IMG/VR virus record: IMGVR_UViG_2541047945_000008
Location: 1-23,343 of that record
DNA from: a virus
Lineage: Duplodnaviria > Heunggongvirae > Uroviricota > Caudoviricetes
DNA: 23,343 bases
Direction: 5' to 3' (one strand)
The first letter of the stretch is position 1; each line of letters starts with the position of its first letter. The position numbers and the translations under genes are program-made. This document shows positions 7,708-16,423 of the stretch, piece after piece. Below the pieces are notes generated by a model. It did no database searches. It saw only the letters and a list, made by a program, of their open reading frames with translations, and was not told where the DNA came from.

Positions 7708-8748
7708 ATGGCTAACGCCTGGCTCAGATTATGGCATGACATGCCAAATGACCCTAAGTGGCGAACAATTGCCAGGGTGTCAGGGCAGCCAATTGCAACA
7801 GTGATGGCAGTGTATATCCACCTTCTGGTGAGCGCGTCACGAAATGTCACGACATGTCACGGCGTGTCACTACGTGGTCACATTGATGTCACGACGGAAG
7901 ATTTAGCAAGTGCGCTTGATGTGACGGAAGAAGTAATTGATTCAATTTTACAGGCAATGCAGGGGCGGGTACTTGATGGAGATTTAATCACCGGATGGGA
8001 AAAACGCCAGGTACTGAAAGAGGACAATGGCAACGTTTCACAAACCGCGAAATCCCCGGCAGAGCGCAAGAGAGCGCAGCGCGAGAGGGAAAAATTACGA
8101 AAACAGAATGAGGGGTGTCACGACGAGTCACGCATATGTCACGACATGTCACGACGAGTCACGACAGATAAAGATACAGATAAAGAATTAAACCCCACAC
8201 ATAACGCGCACGTGCGCGAGAGTGCTCCGACCAGTGAGTCGAGTGGTACGCCGTTGCAGGCAGCAGAACCTGCATCCCTGGATGGACTGAGCGAACCCAT
8301 CGGGAAATTTCCGATGGTCGATGACTGGCATCCGTCGCCGGATTTTCGACGACGGGCTGCGTTGTGGGGGATGGCTTTGCCGGAGCCGGAATTTACACCT
8401 GCTGAACTTGCCGCTTTCCGGGACTACTGGGCAGCGGAGGGGAAAGTTTTCACGCAGGTTCAGTGGGAGCAGAAATTCGCCCGTCACGTAAATCACGTCA
8501 GGGCGCAGGTTAAGCCAGTCAGCAAGGGGGTAAACCATGCAGCAGCACCAGGTGGCACCGCATCACGGGCAGTTCAGGAAATTCGGGCAGCACGTGAGCA
8601 GTGGGAACGTGAAAACGGATTTATCAGCGACGGAAACGGTCTGGAAGCTGTGGGAACTCATGGGGGAGGTTTATTCGAACCGCTGGACCCAGAAGAACGG
8701 GGCCGCACCTTCGAAGCTCTGGATTGCACAGATTGGCGCGATGACTGA
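7708..8748 (+). CDS. Replication initiator (lambda O-like functional analogue) with internal iterons and a DnaT-like C-terminal region
   Basis: ATG at 7708 with SD GAGGTGA (track ORF starts at an upstream GTG). Contains two clusters of GTCACG-type direct repeats. Followed by a P-like gene. Confidence 0.65.
   Translation: MANAWLRLWHDMPNDPKWRTIARVSGQPIATVMAVYIHLLVSASRNVTTCHGVSLRGHIDVTTEDLASALDVTEEVIDSILQAMQGRVLDGDLITGWEKRQVLKEDNGNVSQTAKSPAERKRAQREREKLRKQNEGCHDESRICHDMSRRVTTDKDTDKELNPTHNAHVRESAPTSESSGTPLQAAEPASLDGLSEPIGKFPMVDDWHPSPDFRRRAALWGMALPEPEFTPAELAAFRDYWAAEGKVFTQVQWEQKFARHVNHVRAQVKPVSKGVNHAAAPGGTASRAVQEIRAAREQWERENGFISDGNGLEAVGTHGGGLFEPLDPEERGRTFEALDCTDWRDD
7835..7895. repeat. Iteron cluster 1 (about six GTCAC(G) repeats, 10-11 bp period)
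   Basis: Read directly: cGTCACGaaatGTCACGacatGTCACGgcgtGTCACtacgtgGTCACattgatGTCACGacgg. Confidence 0.6.
8116..8191. other. Putative origin of replication: five 10-bp GTCACGACNN iterons followed by an AT-rich tract
   Basis: GTCACGACGA GTCACGCATAT GTCACGACAT GTCACGACGA GTCACGACAG then ATAAAGATACAGATAAAGAATTAAA. Iterons plus AT-rich region inside the initiator gene, as in lambda ori. Confidence 0.6.
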
Positions 8749-9202
8749 GCAGCAAATCCGACAGGTCTGCCGCCAGTGCATGGACCGCTGCCGGGCGGGT
8801 GAAACATGGCCTCCGGACCTGGCTGAGTTTGTGGCGCTGATTTCAGAAAGCGGGGCCAATCCATTTGGCCTGACGGTGGATGCTGTGATGGAGGAGTACC
8901 GCCGCTGGCGTGATGAGTCCTGGCGATATGACGGAAGCGACAAATATCCGTGGCCTCAGCCTGTGCTGTACCACATCTGCCTCGAAATGCGTACCAGAGG
9001 GATTGAGCGCCAGATGACGCAGGGTGAGTTAAAACGACTTGCGGAACGGCAACTGACGAAATGGGCAAAGCATGTTGGTAACGGGATGAGTGTTCCGCCA
9101 GTGCGACGACAACTGGAAGGGGCGAAACACCCGCAAGGGCCAACGCCAATTGAACGGCTGAAACAGGAATACGAACGCCGGAAGGCAGCTGGTTTTATTT
9201 GA
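8537..9202 (+). CDS. Lambda P-like replication protein (helicase loader), 221 aa
   Basis: Resembles lambda P as recalled (WPPDLAEFVALI vs FLPSPGQFVAWC; KYPWPQPVLYHICLEMR vs YPWKSNAHYWLV). SD AAGGGGG 7 nt before the ATG at 8537. Overlaps the O-like gene by 212 nt; alternative in-frame start at 8660. Confidence 0.7.
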   Translation: MQQHQVAPHHGQFRKFGQHVSSGNVKTDLSATETVWKLWELMGEVYSNRWTQKNGAAPSKLWIAQIGAMTEQQIRQVCRQCMDRCRAGETWPPDLAEFVALISESGANPFGLTVDAVMEEYRRWRDESWRYDGSDKYPWPQPVLYHICLEMRTRGIERQMTQGELKRLAERQLTKWAKHVGNGMSVPPVRRQLEGAKHPQGPTPIERLKQEYERRKAAGFI

Positions 9203-9235
9203 ATCTGAGAAACGATTTTGTCGGAGGAAATTTTA

Positions 9236-10006
9236 ATGGAAACCGTATTTGACGCACTGAAAGCAATGGGAAAAGCCACATCGGTAGAACTGGCCGCGCG
9301 ACTTGATATCAGTCGTGAAGAGGTTCTCAACGAGCTGTGGGAACTCAAAAGAAAAGGCGTCGTTGATAAAACTGGTCACACCTGGTTTCTGGCTGGCGAA
9401 GGTGAATCCCGGGTAACCGAAGAGCGGCCAGTAAAATCTGAAGCACAGGATATGCTGACCGGGGAGGTCGAACAAAAAGTTACCGCAGACATGATGATTG
9501 AGTTTATCGGTCAGGATGGGGCTAAAACGTGTGAGGAACTGGCGGGTAAGTTCGGTGTCAGTACTCGCAAGGTTGCTTCCACGCTGGCGGTGGTAACCGC
9601 AACGGGGCGGCTGGCACGCGTTAATCAGAACGGTAAATTTCGTTACTGCATGCCGGGCGATAATTTACCAGCAGAGCCGAAAGCCGCGCTGGTAACGGAA
9701 AGTGATGGTAAGGCCTTTCCTCAGCCAGCAGGTGCTGCGTTACCAGTCCGGGAAGCCGCAACACAGGAAGAAATTAAAACAGAAACTGTGGCGGACATTG
9801 TGCAGCCGTTGCCATCGTTTACCGAAACGCAAGCAGATGAGCTGATTTTTCCGTCCCTTCGCAGGGCAAACCTGGCGCTGCGCAGGGCGAAAAGTGATGT
9901 TCAGAAGTGGGAGCGAGTCTGCGCCGCGCTGCGGGAGCTGAACAAGCACCGGGATATTGTTCGACAGATTACTGATTCTTCCCGCCGTGTTGTATCGGAA
10001 AAGTGA
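9236..10006 (+). CDS. Hypothetical phage protein with two predicted winged-helix-like segments (256 aa)
   Basis: ATG at 9236 with SD GGAGG (track ORF starts at TTG 9218). HTH-like segments [27 protein letters not shown] and [21 protein letters not shown]. Confidence 0.55.
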   Translation: METVFDALKAMGKATSVELAARLDISREEVLNELWELKRKGVVDKTGHTWFLAGEGESRVTEERPVKSEAQDMLTGEVEQKVTADMMIEFIGQDGAKTCEELAGKFGVSTRKVASTLAVVTATGRLARVNQNGKFRYCMPGDNLPAEPKAALVTESDGKAFPQPAGAALPVREAATQEEIKTETVADIVQPLPSFTETQADELIFPSLRRANLALRRAKSDVQKWERVCAALRELNKHRDIVRQITDSSRRVVSEK

Positions 10007-10021
10007 TTGCCGGAGGCGCTT

Positions 10022-10447
10022 ATGGCAAAAGTATTTACACAAGAAGAGCGGGAAAAAATTAAAGGGCAGGTTGTTGAACTTGTACGTCTGAGCGGTCGCG
10101 AGACGTTGCGGCAACTGGAAGCCAAGACAGGTGCGACAAGATATCTGATGAGTGTTCTCGCCAGAGAGCTGGTTGCCAGTGGCGATGTATACAACTCTGG
10201 TTACGGGTTATTCCCGTCTGAACAGGCGCGTAAGGACTGGCAAAATGCTCGCAAAAAACTCTCAAGGGCAAAGGTGAAGAAACCTGCAGTGGTTGATCCG
10301 GACCTTATCTGGTCGTTACCAGACGGCGAAATACGCCGCTACGACAGGCGCCTGAATATAATCTGTCGCGAGTGCCGGAAGAGCGAAGCTATGCAGCGTG
10401 TACTGGCATTTTATCAAGGAAATGTTAGGTATTTTAGACGTTACTAG
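10022..10447 (+). CDS. Hypothetical phage protein (141 aa)
   Basis: ATG at 10022 with SD GGAGG (track ORF starts at TTG 10007). No family recognised. Confidence 0.5.
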   Translation: MAKVFTQEEREKIKGQVVELVRLSGRETLRQLEAKTGATRYLMSVLARELVASGDVYNSGYGLFPSEQARKDWQNARKKLSRAKVKKPAVVDPDLIWSLPDGEIRRYDRRLNIICRECRKSEAMQRVLAFYQGNVRYFRRY

Positions 10448-10600
10448 ATTAAAGAGCATTAGTTCAGATGTGAATTGACATTTTCATGGCGCAGGGTAGA
10501 GCCAGCGTGGTTGTCCGCTTTGCGTCAAAACCAGATATTACCAGATTTAGACATATATTCCCGATAGCCCTGCTCTGATGCTACACTCTGTGCTATTTTC

Positions 10601-11287
10601 ATGACCCCAATAAAAATATTTATGACTATTGCTGATTTCAAACGGCCTAAATTGGAGCTCCCAAACGGGGCAAACAAACTACTACTGCACTCTTGCTGTG
10701 CTCCATGTTCCGGTGAAGTGATGGAGGCGCTTCAGGCCTCGGGAATCGACTACACCATCTTTTTCTACAACCCGAACATTCATCCTCAGAAAGAGTATTT
10801 AATTCGTAAGGATGAAAATATTCGCTTTGCTGAACAACACGGCGTGCCGTTTATCGATGCTGATTACGACACCGACAACTGGTTTGAACGTGCCAAAGGA
10901 ATGGAATGGGAGCCTGAGAGGGGGATCCGTTGTACCATGTGTTTTGACATGCGTTTTGAGCGGACAGCGTTGTACGCTGCTGAAAATGGTTTCAGTGTGA
11001 TCAGCAGTTCACTGGGCATTTCACGCTGGAAAAATATGCAGCAGGTTAACGAGTGTGGGCGGCGAGCTGTTGCGCATTATCCGGGTATGGTGTACTGGGA
11101 TTATAACTGGCGCAAGCAGGGCGGCTCGTCCCGTATGATTGAAATCAGCAAGCGCGAAAAATTCTATCAGCAGGAATATTGTGGCTGTGTGTATTCTCTG
11201 CGCGATACCAATCTACACCGCAAATCTCAGGGACGCCCTCTTATCAAAATTGGCCAACTCCACTACGGAAAAGAAGAGAAGGAGTGA
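10601..11287 (+). CDS. queH: DUF208/QueH-like protein (putative B12-independent epoxyqueuosine reductase), 228 aa
   Basis: N-terminal [11 protein letters not shown] motif with additional conserved Cys (CTMC, CGC), recalled as the DUF208/QueH signature. No obvious SD; alternative ATG at 10622. Confidence 0.6.
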   Translation: MTPIKIFMTIADFKRPKLELPNGANKLLLHSCCAPCSGEVMEALQASGIDYTIFFYNPNIHPQKEYLIRKDENIRFAEQHGVPFIDADYDTDNWFERAKGMEWEPERGIRCTMCFDMRFERTALYAAENGFSVISSSLGISRWKNMQQVNECGRRAVAHYPGMVYWDYNWRKQGGSSRMIEISKREKFYQQEYCGCVYSLRDTNLHRKSQGRPLIKIGQLHYGKEEKE

Positions 11288-11524
11288 TTTTATGGATCAC
11301 CTTTCTGATTGATTTCATATTGGCGAGGTGACGTGAGTTAAGTAGAATGGCTGCGGGTGCTTGAGGCTATCTGTCTCAGGCATGAACACTGAAAGGCAGA
11401 TAGAGAAAAGCCCCAGTTAACATTTCGCGTCCTGCAAGACGCTTAACATTAATCTGAGGCCCAATCTATGTCTCACAAATGTAGGTTAGCCTCTTACGTG
11501 CCGAAAGGCAAGGGGAAGCAGGCT

Positions 11525-11680
11525 ATGAAGCAGCAAAAGGCGATGTTAATCGCCCTGATCGTCATCTGTTTAACCGTCATTGTGACGGCACTGGTAACGA
11601 GGAAAGACCTCTGCGAGGTACGAATCCGAACCGGCCAGACGGAGGTCGCTGTCTTCACAGCTTACGAACCTGAGGAGTAA
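11525..11680 (+). CDS. hokD: Hok/Gef-family membrane toxin (51 aa), HokD/RelF-like
   Basis: MKQQKAMLIALIVICLTVIVTALVTRKDLCEVRIRTGQTEVAVFTAYEPEE matches my recollection of HokD/RelF. A structured leader lies upstream and a terminator downstream. Confidence 0.8.
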   Translation: MKQQKAMLIALIVICLTVIVTALVTRKDLCEVRIRTGQTEVAVFTAYEPEE

Positions 11681-11749
11681 GAGACCCGGCGGGGGAGTAA
11701 TCTCCCGCCACCTCTGATGTGCCAGGCATCCTCAACGCACCCGCACTTA

Positions 11750-11769
11750 ACCCGCTTCGGCGGGTTTTT
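11750..11769 (+). terminator. Rho-independent terminator after hok
   Basis: cccgc-ttcg-gcggg followed by TTTTT. Confidence 0.6.
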
Positions 11770-11845
11770 GCATTAGTCTGGTTGACAAAAATAGAAAAAT
11801 GCGAAAATATGTGGTTTACGAATTCTAAAAAAAGCGAAACTTGAA

Positions 11846-12496
11846 ATGAATGAAAATCAGTTAGCTCCTTGTTGGGAATTTCAACCTTATCTTGCTGAAA
11901 ACTATGTTCGCCACTTGTTGGCGGAGATCGCTAACGTACTTGAGCAGCTGTACTATCATAAGCACGCATTAGACAGCAACTGGTCTGAAGGTGTAAGGGC
12001 TTATGATTGGGTCAGAAATCATCTTATTCAAAATGAAGATGCAATTCCTGGCCTTGAGATGATTTCCAAGGGGTTGGACTATGTAGTTGCTTTAAATAAA
12101 GTTCCGCTACAATTTACCAAAGATTGCATTAATAACCCCAAAAAGAAACATCGTCTGCGTCGAAATAAAGTAGAGTATGAGCAGCTCTCATTGTTTGGTG
12201 ATGTTGAGGCTGAGCAAGATATTACATGGCGAGTCATAGCTGAGCCTTTTTTATCCGAAGAGGGCGATGGTGAATTAGAGTCCACACTGCCTCGTTGGGA
12301 GGTAGCTCTTGTTGGATTTAATACTTATGGTGCTCAGATTAGTATAGTTTCTCATCAATCTACAGCATCGATGCCGCTTATGCCTCTTGATTATAACACA
12401 CTCCCTGACGAAGCGGAGATTAATAAGGTGCCTCTTCGTCGGCGTACGAAGGATAAAGATTTGGATGTGAGCAGTGATGGAACATCAGGTGAATAA
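11846..12496 (+). CDS. Hypothetical protein (216 aa), candidate toxin/effector partnered with an HTH-peptidase
   Basis: AT-rich ORF overlapping the downstream HTH-XRE/ImmA-like gene by 20 nt. Possible promoter TTGACA at about 11781 with an AT-rich -10. No domain recognised. Confidence 0.6.
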   Translation: MNENQLAPCWEFQPYLAENYVRHLLAEIANVLEQLYYHKHALDSNWSEGVRAYDWVRNHLIQNEDAIPGLEMISKGLDYVVALNKVPLQFTKDCINNPKKKHRLRRNKVEYEQLSLFGDVEAEQDITWRVIAEPFLSEEGDGELESTLPRWEVALVGFNTYGAQISIVSHQSTASMPLMPLDYNTLPDEAEINKVPLRRRTKDKDLDVSSDGTSGE

Positions 12497-13580
12497 CTTC
12501 ACTGAGTATCGGGGTGATAAGCTCAAACTAGCGAGAATGGCTGTTGGGCTTTCTTGTGAAGAGTTAGCCGAAAAAATTGGCAAGACAAAGCAATTCGTTA
12601 GCAAACTGGAGAAGGGGTGCAGGCCATCGGAGCAATGTCTTGAGTTAATATCTTCAGCGCTTATGATTAAGTCCAGTTTTCTTTTTACTGAACGAAAATA
12701 CGCTCTGGAAAGTGATGTCTGCCATTTTCGGAGTAAGAAGTCCAGGACTCAAACGCTGACTAATAGTGTATTGGCCAGGGCTGAGATTCTTAATATTATA
12801 ATTTCTGCTGTTGAAGGTGAAATCGAATTTCCTGACGTTAACATACCGGAGCACCCAGGGGCTGAATTACTTACTCCGAATGATATTGAGCGAGTGGCAG
12901 AAGATTGTCGCCGTGCCTGGAATTTAGGTCTTGGCCCTATATCATCAATGGTTAAATTGGCGGAGAGTTTAGGGGTAATCGTTGCGCATGTTACGGGAGT
13001 CGATGATCGTGTTGATGCTTTTACTGTTCACAATAACAGGCCTGTTATCATCAGGAACAATGTTAAAAAAAGCATATGTAGATTTCGCTCTGATTTAGGT
13101 CATGAATTAGGGCATTTAGTAATGCATGAGGGCATAACGACAGGTGATAAACTTACGGAATCACAAGCCGATCACTTTTCGAGCGCCTTATTAGTTCCCA
13201 GGTTATCTTTCATTAAAGAATTTCCACGAATACGAGGTAAGCAATTCGACTGGAATGCTCTGGTTGAATTTAAACTTAGATGGAAAATCAGCCTTAAAAT
13301 GTGTATTTATCGAGCCAGCGCATTAGGCTTATTGACCCAGGAACAGGCAAGAACTGGCTATATGCATCTTAATTCCAGAGGGTATACGAGAGTTGAACCT
13401 GGTGATGAACTTTTGCGCCCTGAAGAACCCGGCATGCTGGCCGAGGCGATTGAAATGCTGGATGATGCAACCTGGCTAAGAATTCTTATGAAAACTGGCT
13501 TGAGCCAAGATTTAATTCGTGAGTTGTTCTCCATCAACAGACCTATTACAAATCCAAGAAATATTTTCCAGATTGTTTGA
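12477..13580 (+). CDS. HTH-XRE DNA-binding domain fused to an ImmA/IrrE-type (M78/COG2856) zinc metallopeptidase, 367 aa
   Basis: N-terminal HTH (LKLARMAVGLSCEELAEKIGKTKQFVSKLEKG) and HExxH zinc-binding motif (HELGHLVMHE). Track ORF starts at GTG 12474; ATG at 12477. Confidence 0.8.
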   Translation: MEHQVNNFTEYRGDKLKLARMAVGLSCEELAEKIGKTKQFVSKLEKGCRPSEQCLELISSALMIKSSFLFTERKYALESDVCHFRSKKSRTQTLTNSVLARAEILNIIISAVEGEIEFPDVNIPEHPGAELLTPNDIERVAEDCRRAWNLGLGPISSMVKLAESLGVIVAHVTGVDDRVDAFTVHNNRPVIIRNNVKKSICRFRSDLGHELGHLVMHEGITTGDKLTESQADHFSSALLVPRLSFIKEFPRIRGKQFDWNALVEFKLRWKISLKMCIYRASALGLLTQEQARTGYMHLNSRGYTRVEPGDELLRPEEPGMLAEAIEMLDDATWLRILMKTGLSQDLIRELFSINRPITNPRNIFQIV

Positions 13581-13584
13581 GTAT

Positions 13585-13606
13585 ACCCGCTTCGGCGGGT
13601 TTTTTG
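13585..13606 (+). terminator. Rho-independent terminator
   Basis: acccgc-ttcg-gcgggt followed by a T-run; same hairpin family as the one after hok. Confidence 0.6.
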
Positions 13607-13737
13607 TTTTTATTTTCAACGTGTTTGAAGTTTTGGACGGTGCCAGAATAGAATCAAAAATACTTAAGTAGCGCGCAGGGAGAAGAGGGATGGACCCCGA
13701 ACAGGGGGAGTGCTATTTATCTGGAAGGATTCTGTTG

Positions 13738-13911
13738 ATGAAAATCGAAGAATTACGTGAAATTTTTAGTGAAGATGGCCTCTATGCTGTGCGCGTTGAG
13801 AATGGGGGTATTACCTACACAGCGTTAATTCCTGATGATCATGTAGTGTTATCTGTTGAGGCATTCATTGAATACTTGGAAAGACTCGGTTTCAAGGTAG
13901 TTCGGGAATAA
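13738..13911 (+). CDS. Hypothetical small protein (57 aa)
   Basis: ATG at 13738 with SD GGAAGGA 8 nt upstream; the track ORF extends to an upstream ATG lacking proper SD spacing. Confidence 0.4.
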   Translation: MKIEELREIFSEDGLYAVRVENGGITYTALIPDDHVVLSVEAFIEYLERLGFKVVRE

Positions 13912-13970
13912 GTTATAATACGTGAGCCAGCCTGAACAACTGGCAACCTGCAGCGCCATTGGAGATGACA

Positions 13971-14243
13971 ATGGCGCATAATTTCAAATTTCGCAATTCT
14001 GATTCTGCCTTTGCCAGCAGGCACGGGTGGCGTTCTCACGCATTCAAATATGACTGGTATCAGCACGATCCCTGTACTGAAGAACAGGCCGAATGGCTGA
14101 TTCATAACTACCGCAGACGTGGATATGAGTTTAGGAAAGCCCTCACCCTCGATTATCGTCACTGGATAATCTACGTCAGACTCCCTTATTCCGAACGCCC
14201 ACCGCGTCCGTCCCGCACATTCCAGCAACGCATCTGGAGGTAA
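13971..14243 (+). CDS. Hypothetical phage protein (90 aa)
   Basis: ATG at 13971 with SD GGAG 5 nt upstream (track ORF begins at TTG). Its stop is coupled to the next gene. Confidence 0.5.
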   Translation: MAHNFKFRNSDSAFASRHGWRSHAFKYDWYQHDPCTEEQAEWLIHNYRRRGYEFRKALTLDYRHWIIYVRLPYSERPPRPSRTFQQRIWR

Positions 14244-14244
14244 C

Positions 14245-15291
14245 GTGCGGGTATTACTTCGACCTGTTCTGGTACCGGAACTCGGGCTGGTGATCGTTAA
14301 GCCGGGCCGTGAATCCATGCCGGTATTCCACAATACCCGGGTACTGGTGGAGCCGGAACCGAAAAGCATGCGTAATCTGCCGTCCGGGGTCGTTCCTGCC
14401 GTTCGCCAGCCGCTGGCGGAGGATAAATCATTACTGCCATTTTTCAGCGACGAACGAGTGATTCGTGCTGCTGGTGGCGCTGGCGCATTGTCTGACTGGT
14501 TACTGCGCCATGTTAAATCCTGCCAGTGGCCACACGGCGATTATCACCACAGTGAAACCGTCATTCACCGTTATGGTACCGGCGCAATGGTGTTGTGCTG
14601 GCACTGCGACAACCAGCTGCGCGACCAGACCTCCGAATCACTCGGGCAACTTGCTCACCAAAACCTGTCTGCATGGATGATTGACGTCATACGCCATGCA
14701 ATGAATGGCTCGCAGGAACGGGAGTTATCGCTGGCTGAATTATCCTGGTGGGCGGTCCGCAATCAGGTGGCGGACGCGCTACCGGAAGCGGTATTACGTC
14801 GTTCGCTGGGGTTGCGTGCGGAAAAAATCCGCTCAATGTACCGTGAAAGCGACATCGTACCGGGAGAGCAGACCGCCACCAGCATACTGAAGCAGCGCAC
14901 AAAAAATCTTGCGCCGCTGCCTCACGCCCACCAGCAAAACCCGCCACAGGAAGAGACGGTGGTCAGCATTGCCGTTGATCCTGAGTCTCCGGAATCTTTC
15001 ATGAAACGACCTAAACGTCGCCGCTGGGTTAACGAGAAATACACACGCTGGGTGAAGACACAGCCGTGTGCGTGTTGTGGTAAGCCAGCCGACGATCCCC
15101 ATCACCTGATTGGTCATGGTCAGGGCGGAATGGGGACAAAATCTCACGATATTTTCACGCTACCGCTGTGTCGGGAGCATCACAACGAGCTTCATGCGGA
15201 TCCTCTGGCGTTCGAAGAAAAGCATGGTTCTCAGGTTGATTTAATTTTTCGTTTTCTTGATCACGCCTTTGCAACTGGCGTGCTTGGGTAA
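14245..15291 (+). CDS. DUF968-like prophage protein (YdfU-like), 348 aa
   Basis: GTG start preceded by GGAGG. C-terminal Cys/His cluster CACCGKPADDPHHL ... CREHHNELH, recalled as typical of DUF968 proteins in lambdoid nin regions. Confidence 0.65.
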   Translation: MRVLLRPVLVPELGLVIVKPGRESMPVFHNTRVLVEPEPKSMRNLPSGVVPAVRQPLAEDKSLLPFFSDERVIRAAGGAGALSDWLLRHVKSCQWPHGDYHHSETVIHRYGTGAMVLCWHCDNQLRDQTSESLGQLAHQNLSAWMIDVIRHAMNGSQERELSLAELSWWAVRNQVADALPEAVLRRSLGLRAEKIRSMYRESDIVPGEQTATSILKQRTKNLAPLPHAHQQNPPQEETVVSIAVDPESPESFMKRPKRRRWVNEKYTRWVKTQPCACCGKPADDPHHLIGHGQGGMGTKSHDIFTLPLCREHHNELHADPLAFEEKHGSQVDLIFRFLDHAFATGVLG

Positions 15292-15303
15292 AAGAGGTGA
15301 CTG

Positions 15304-15663
15304 ATGCTCATAGATTTGGTTTTACCTTACCCGCCGACGGTGAACACTTACTGGCGACGCCGTGGCAGCACATATTTTATCTCGGAGGAGGGAAAGCGTT
15401 ATCGCCGGGCTGTGGCGCTTATTGTTCGCCAGCAGCGGCTGAAATTAAGCCTGTCCGGAAGGCTGGCGATAAAGGTGATTGCAGAGCCACCGGATAAGCG
15501 CCGCCGCGACCTGGACAATATCCTGAAGGCACCACTGGATGCGCTGACGCATGCCGGACTACTTATAGACGACGAGCAGTTTGATGAAATCAATATTGTG
15601 CGCGGTCAGCTCGTTCCTGGTGGGCGGCTGGGGATAAAAATCACAGAACTGGAGTGCGCATGA
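15304..15663 (+). CDS. rusA: RusA Holliday-junction resolvase
   Basis: 119 aa with RusA hallmarks (PPTVNTYW; DKRRRDLDNILKAPLDALTHAGLLIDDEQ). SD GAGGTGA upstream. Confidence 0.85.
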   Translation: MLIDLVLPYPPTVNTYWRRRGSTYFISEEGKRYRRAVALIVRQQRLKLSLSGRLAIKVIAEPPDKRRRDLDNILKAPLDALTHAGLLIDDEQFDEINIVRGQLVPGGRLGIKITELECA

Positions 15664-16349
15664 ATAACCAGTATTTACAGTTTGTGCGTGAGCAGCTCAT
15701 TATCGCCACCGCTGATTTGAGTGGGGCAACAAAAGGTCAGCTTGAAGCCTGGCAGGAGAATGCCATGTTCGATACAGGGCGTTACAGGCGTAAAAAAATC
15801 CGGTACCGCGATGAAGTGACCGGAAAAATGATAACGCGGGATAATCCACCAATCCCGGGAAAACAATCGCTGGCGAAGGGGACGTCAATTCCTCTGGTCA
15901 GTCAGGTTGCTTTTTCTACATCATCATGGCGGCGGGCTGTTTTGTCTCTTGAAGAACATCATAAAGCCTGGTTGTTGTGGTGTTACAGCGGAAATACTTG
16001 CTGGGAGTATCAGATCGCGATAACGCAGTGGGCATGGACAGAATTTAAGACTCACTCTGGTACCAGGAAAATTGCAGGGAAGACACAGGAACGCCTGAAA
16101 AAATTAATCTGGCTGGCTGCACAGGATGTCAGGAGATGGGTTATAGGACATGATATCTACCAGCAACAGGAGCTTGCCCGTCTGTGTGGGATTAAGCCTG
16201 ACAACTGGAGCCACAATTATGTGAGCTACTGGCGTGAAATACTCGACATTTTTATGAACCTCGATACCGAATCTCTGATTTGCACTGTGAAAAGGAGATC
16301 TCAACAAAAAGCGGCATTTTTGCAGCGAGATATTGCAAAAGTCAATTAG
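15660..16349 (+). CDS. Late-gene antiterminator Q-like protein (229 aa)
   Basis: ATG overlaps the rusA stop (ATGA). Position downstream of rusA and upstream of the tRNA/late region, and size, fit a Q antiterminator. Confidence 0.6.
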   Translation: MNNQYLQFVREQLIIATADLSGATKGQLEAWQENAMFDTGRYRRKKIRYRDEVTGKMITRDNPPIPGKQSLAKGTSIPLVSQVAFSTSSWRRAVLSLEEHHKAWLLWCYSGNTCWEYQIAITQWAWTEFKTHSGTRKIAGKTQERLKKLIWLAAQDVRRWVIGHDIYQQQELARLCGIKPDNWSHNYVSYWREILDIFMNLDTESLICTVKRRSQQKAAFLQRDIAKVN

Positions 16350-16396
16350 ATAGCATATATTTTATGTAAATGTGATATATTGCTGTAAAGTGTATA

Positions 16397-16423
16397 AACC
16401 CGCTCAAATGTGCGGGTTTTTTG
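16397..16423 (+). terminator. Rho-independent terminator downstream of Q
   Basis: cccgc-tcaaatgt-gcggg followed by TTTTTT. Confidence 0.55.

Noticed and set aside
7835-8165. GTCACG repeat clusters considered as a possible CRISPR array
   Set aside because: Repeats are only about 10 bp with a single-helical-turn period, lie inside a protein-coding gene, and have no spacers, leader or cas genes; an iteron/origin interpretation fits better.
8188-9475. Minus-strand ORFs of 80-163 aa overlapping the O-like and P-like genes (8188..8538, 8658..9149, 8671..8943, 8956..9348, 9233..9475)
   Set aside because: Antisense to GC-rich coding sequence with Ser/Arg/Pro-rich low-complexity products; no independent support.
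14465-15147. Overlapping ORFs (14465..14680, 14687..14947, 14705..14890, 14833..15147) inside the DUF968 gene
   Set aside because: Alternate-frame and antisense artefacts within a coherent 348-aa gene.
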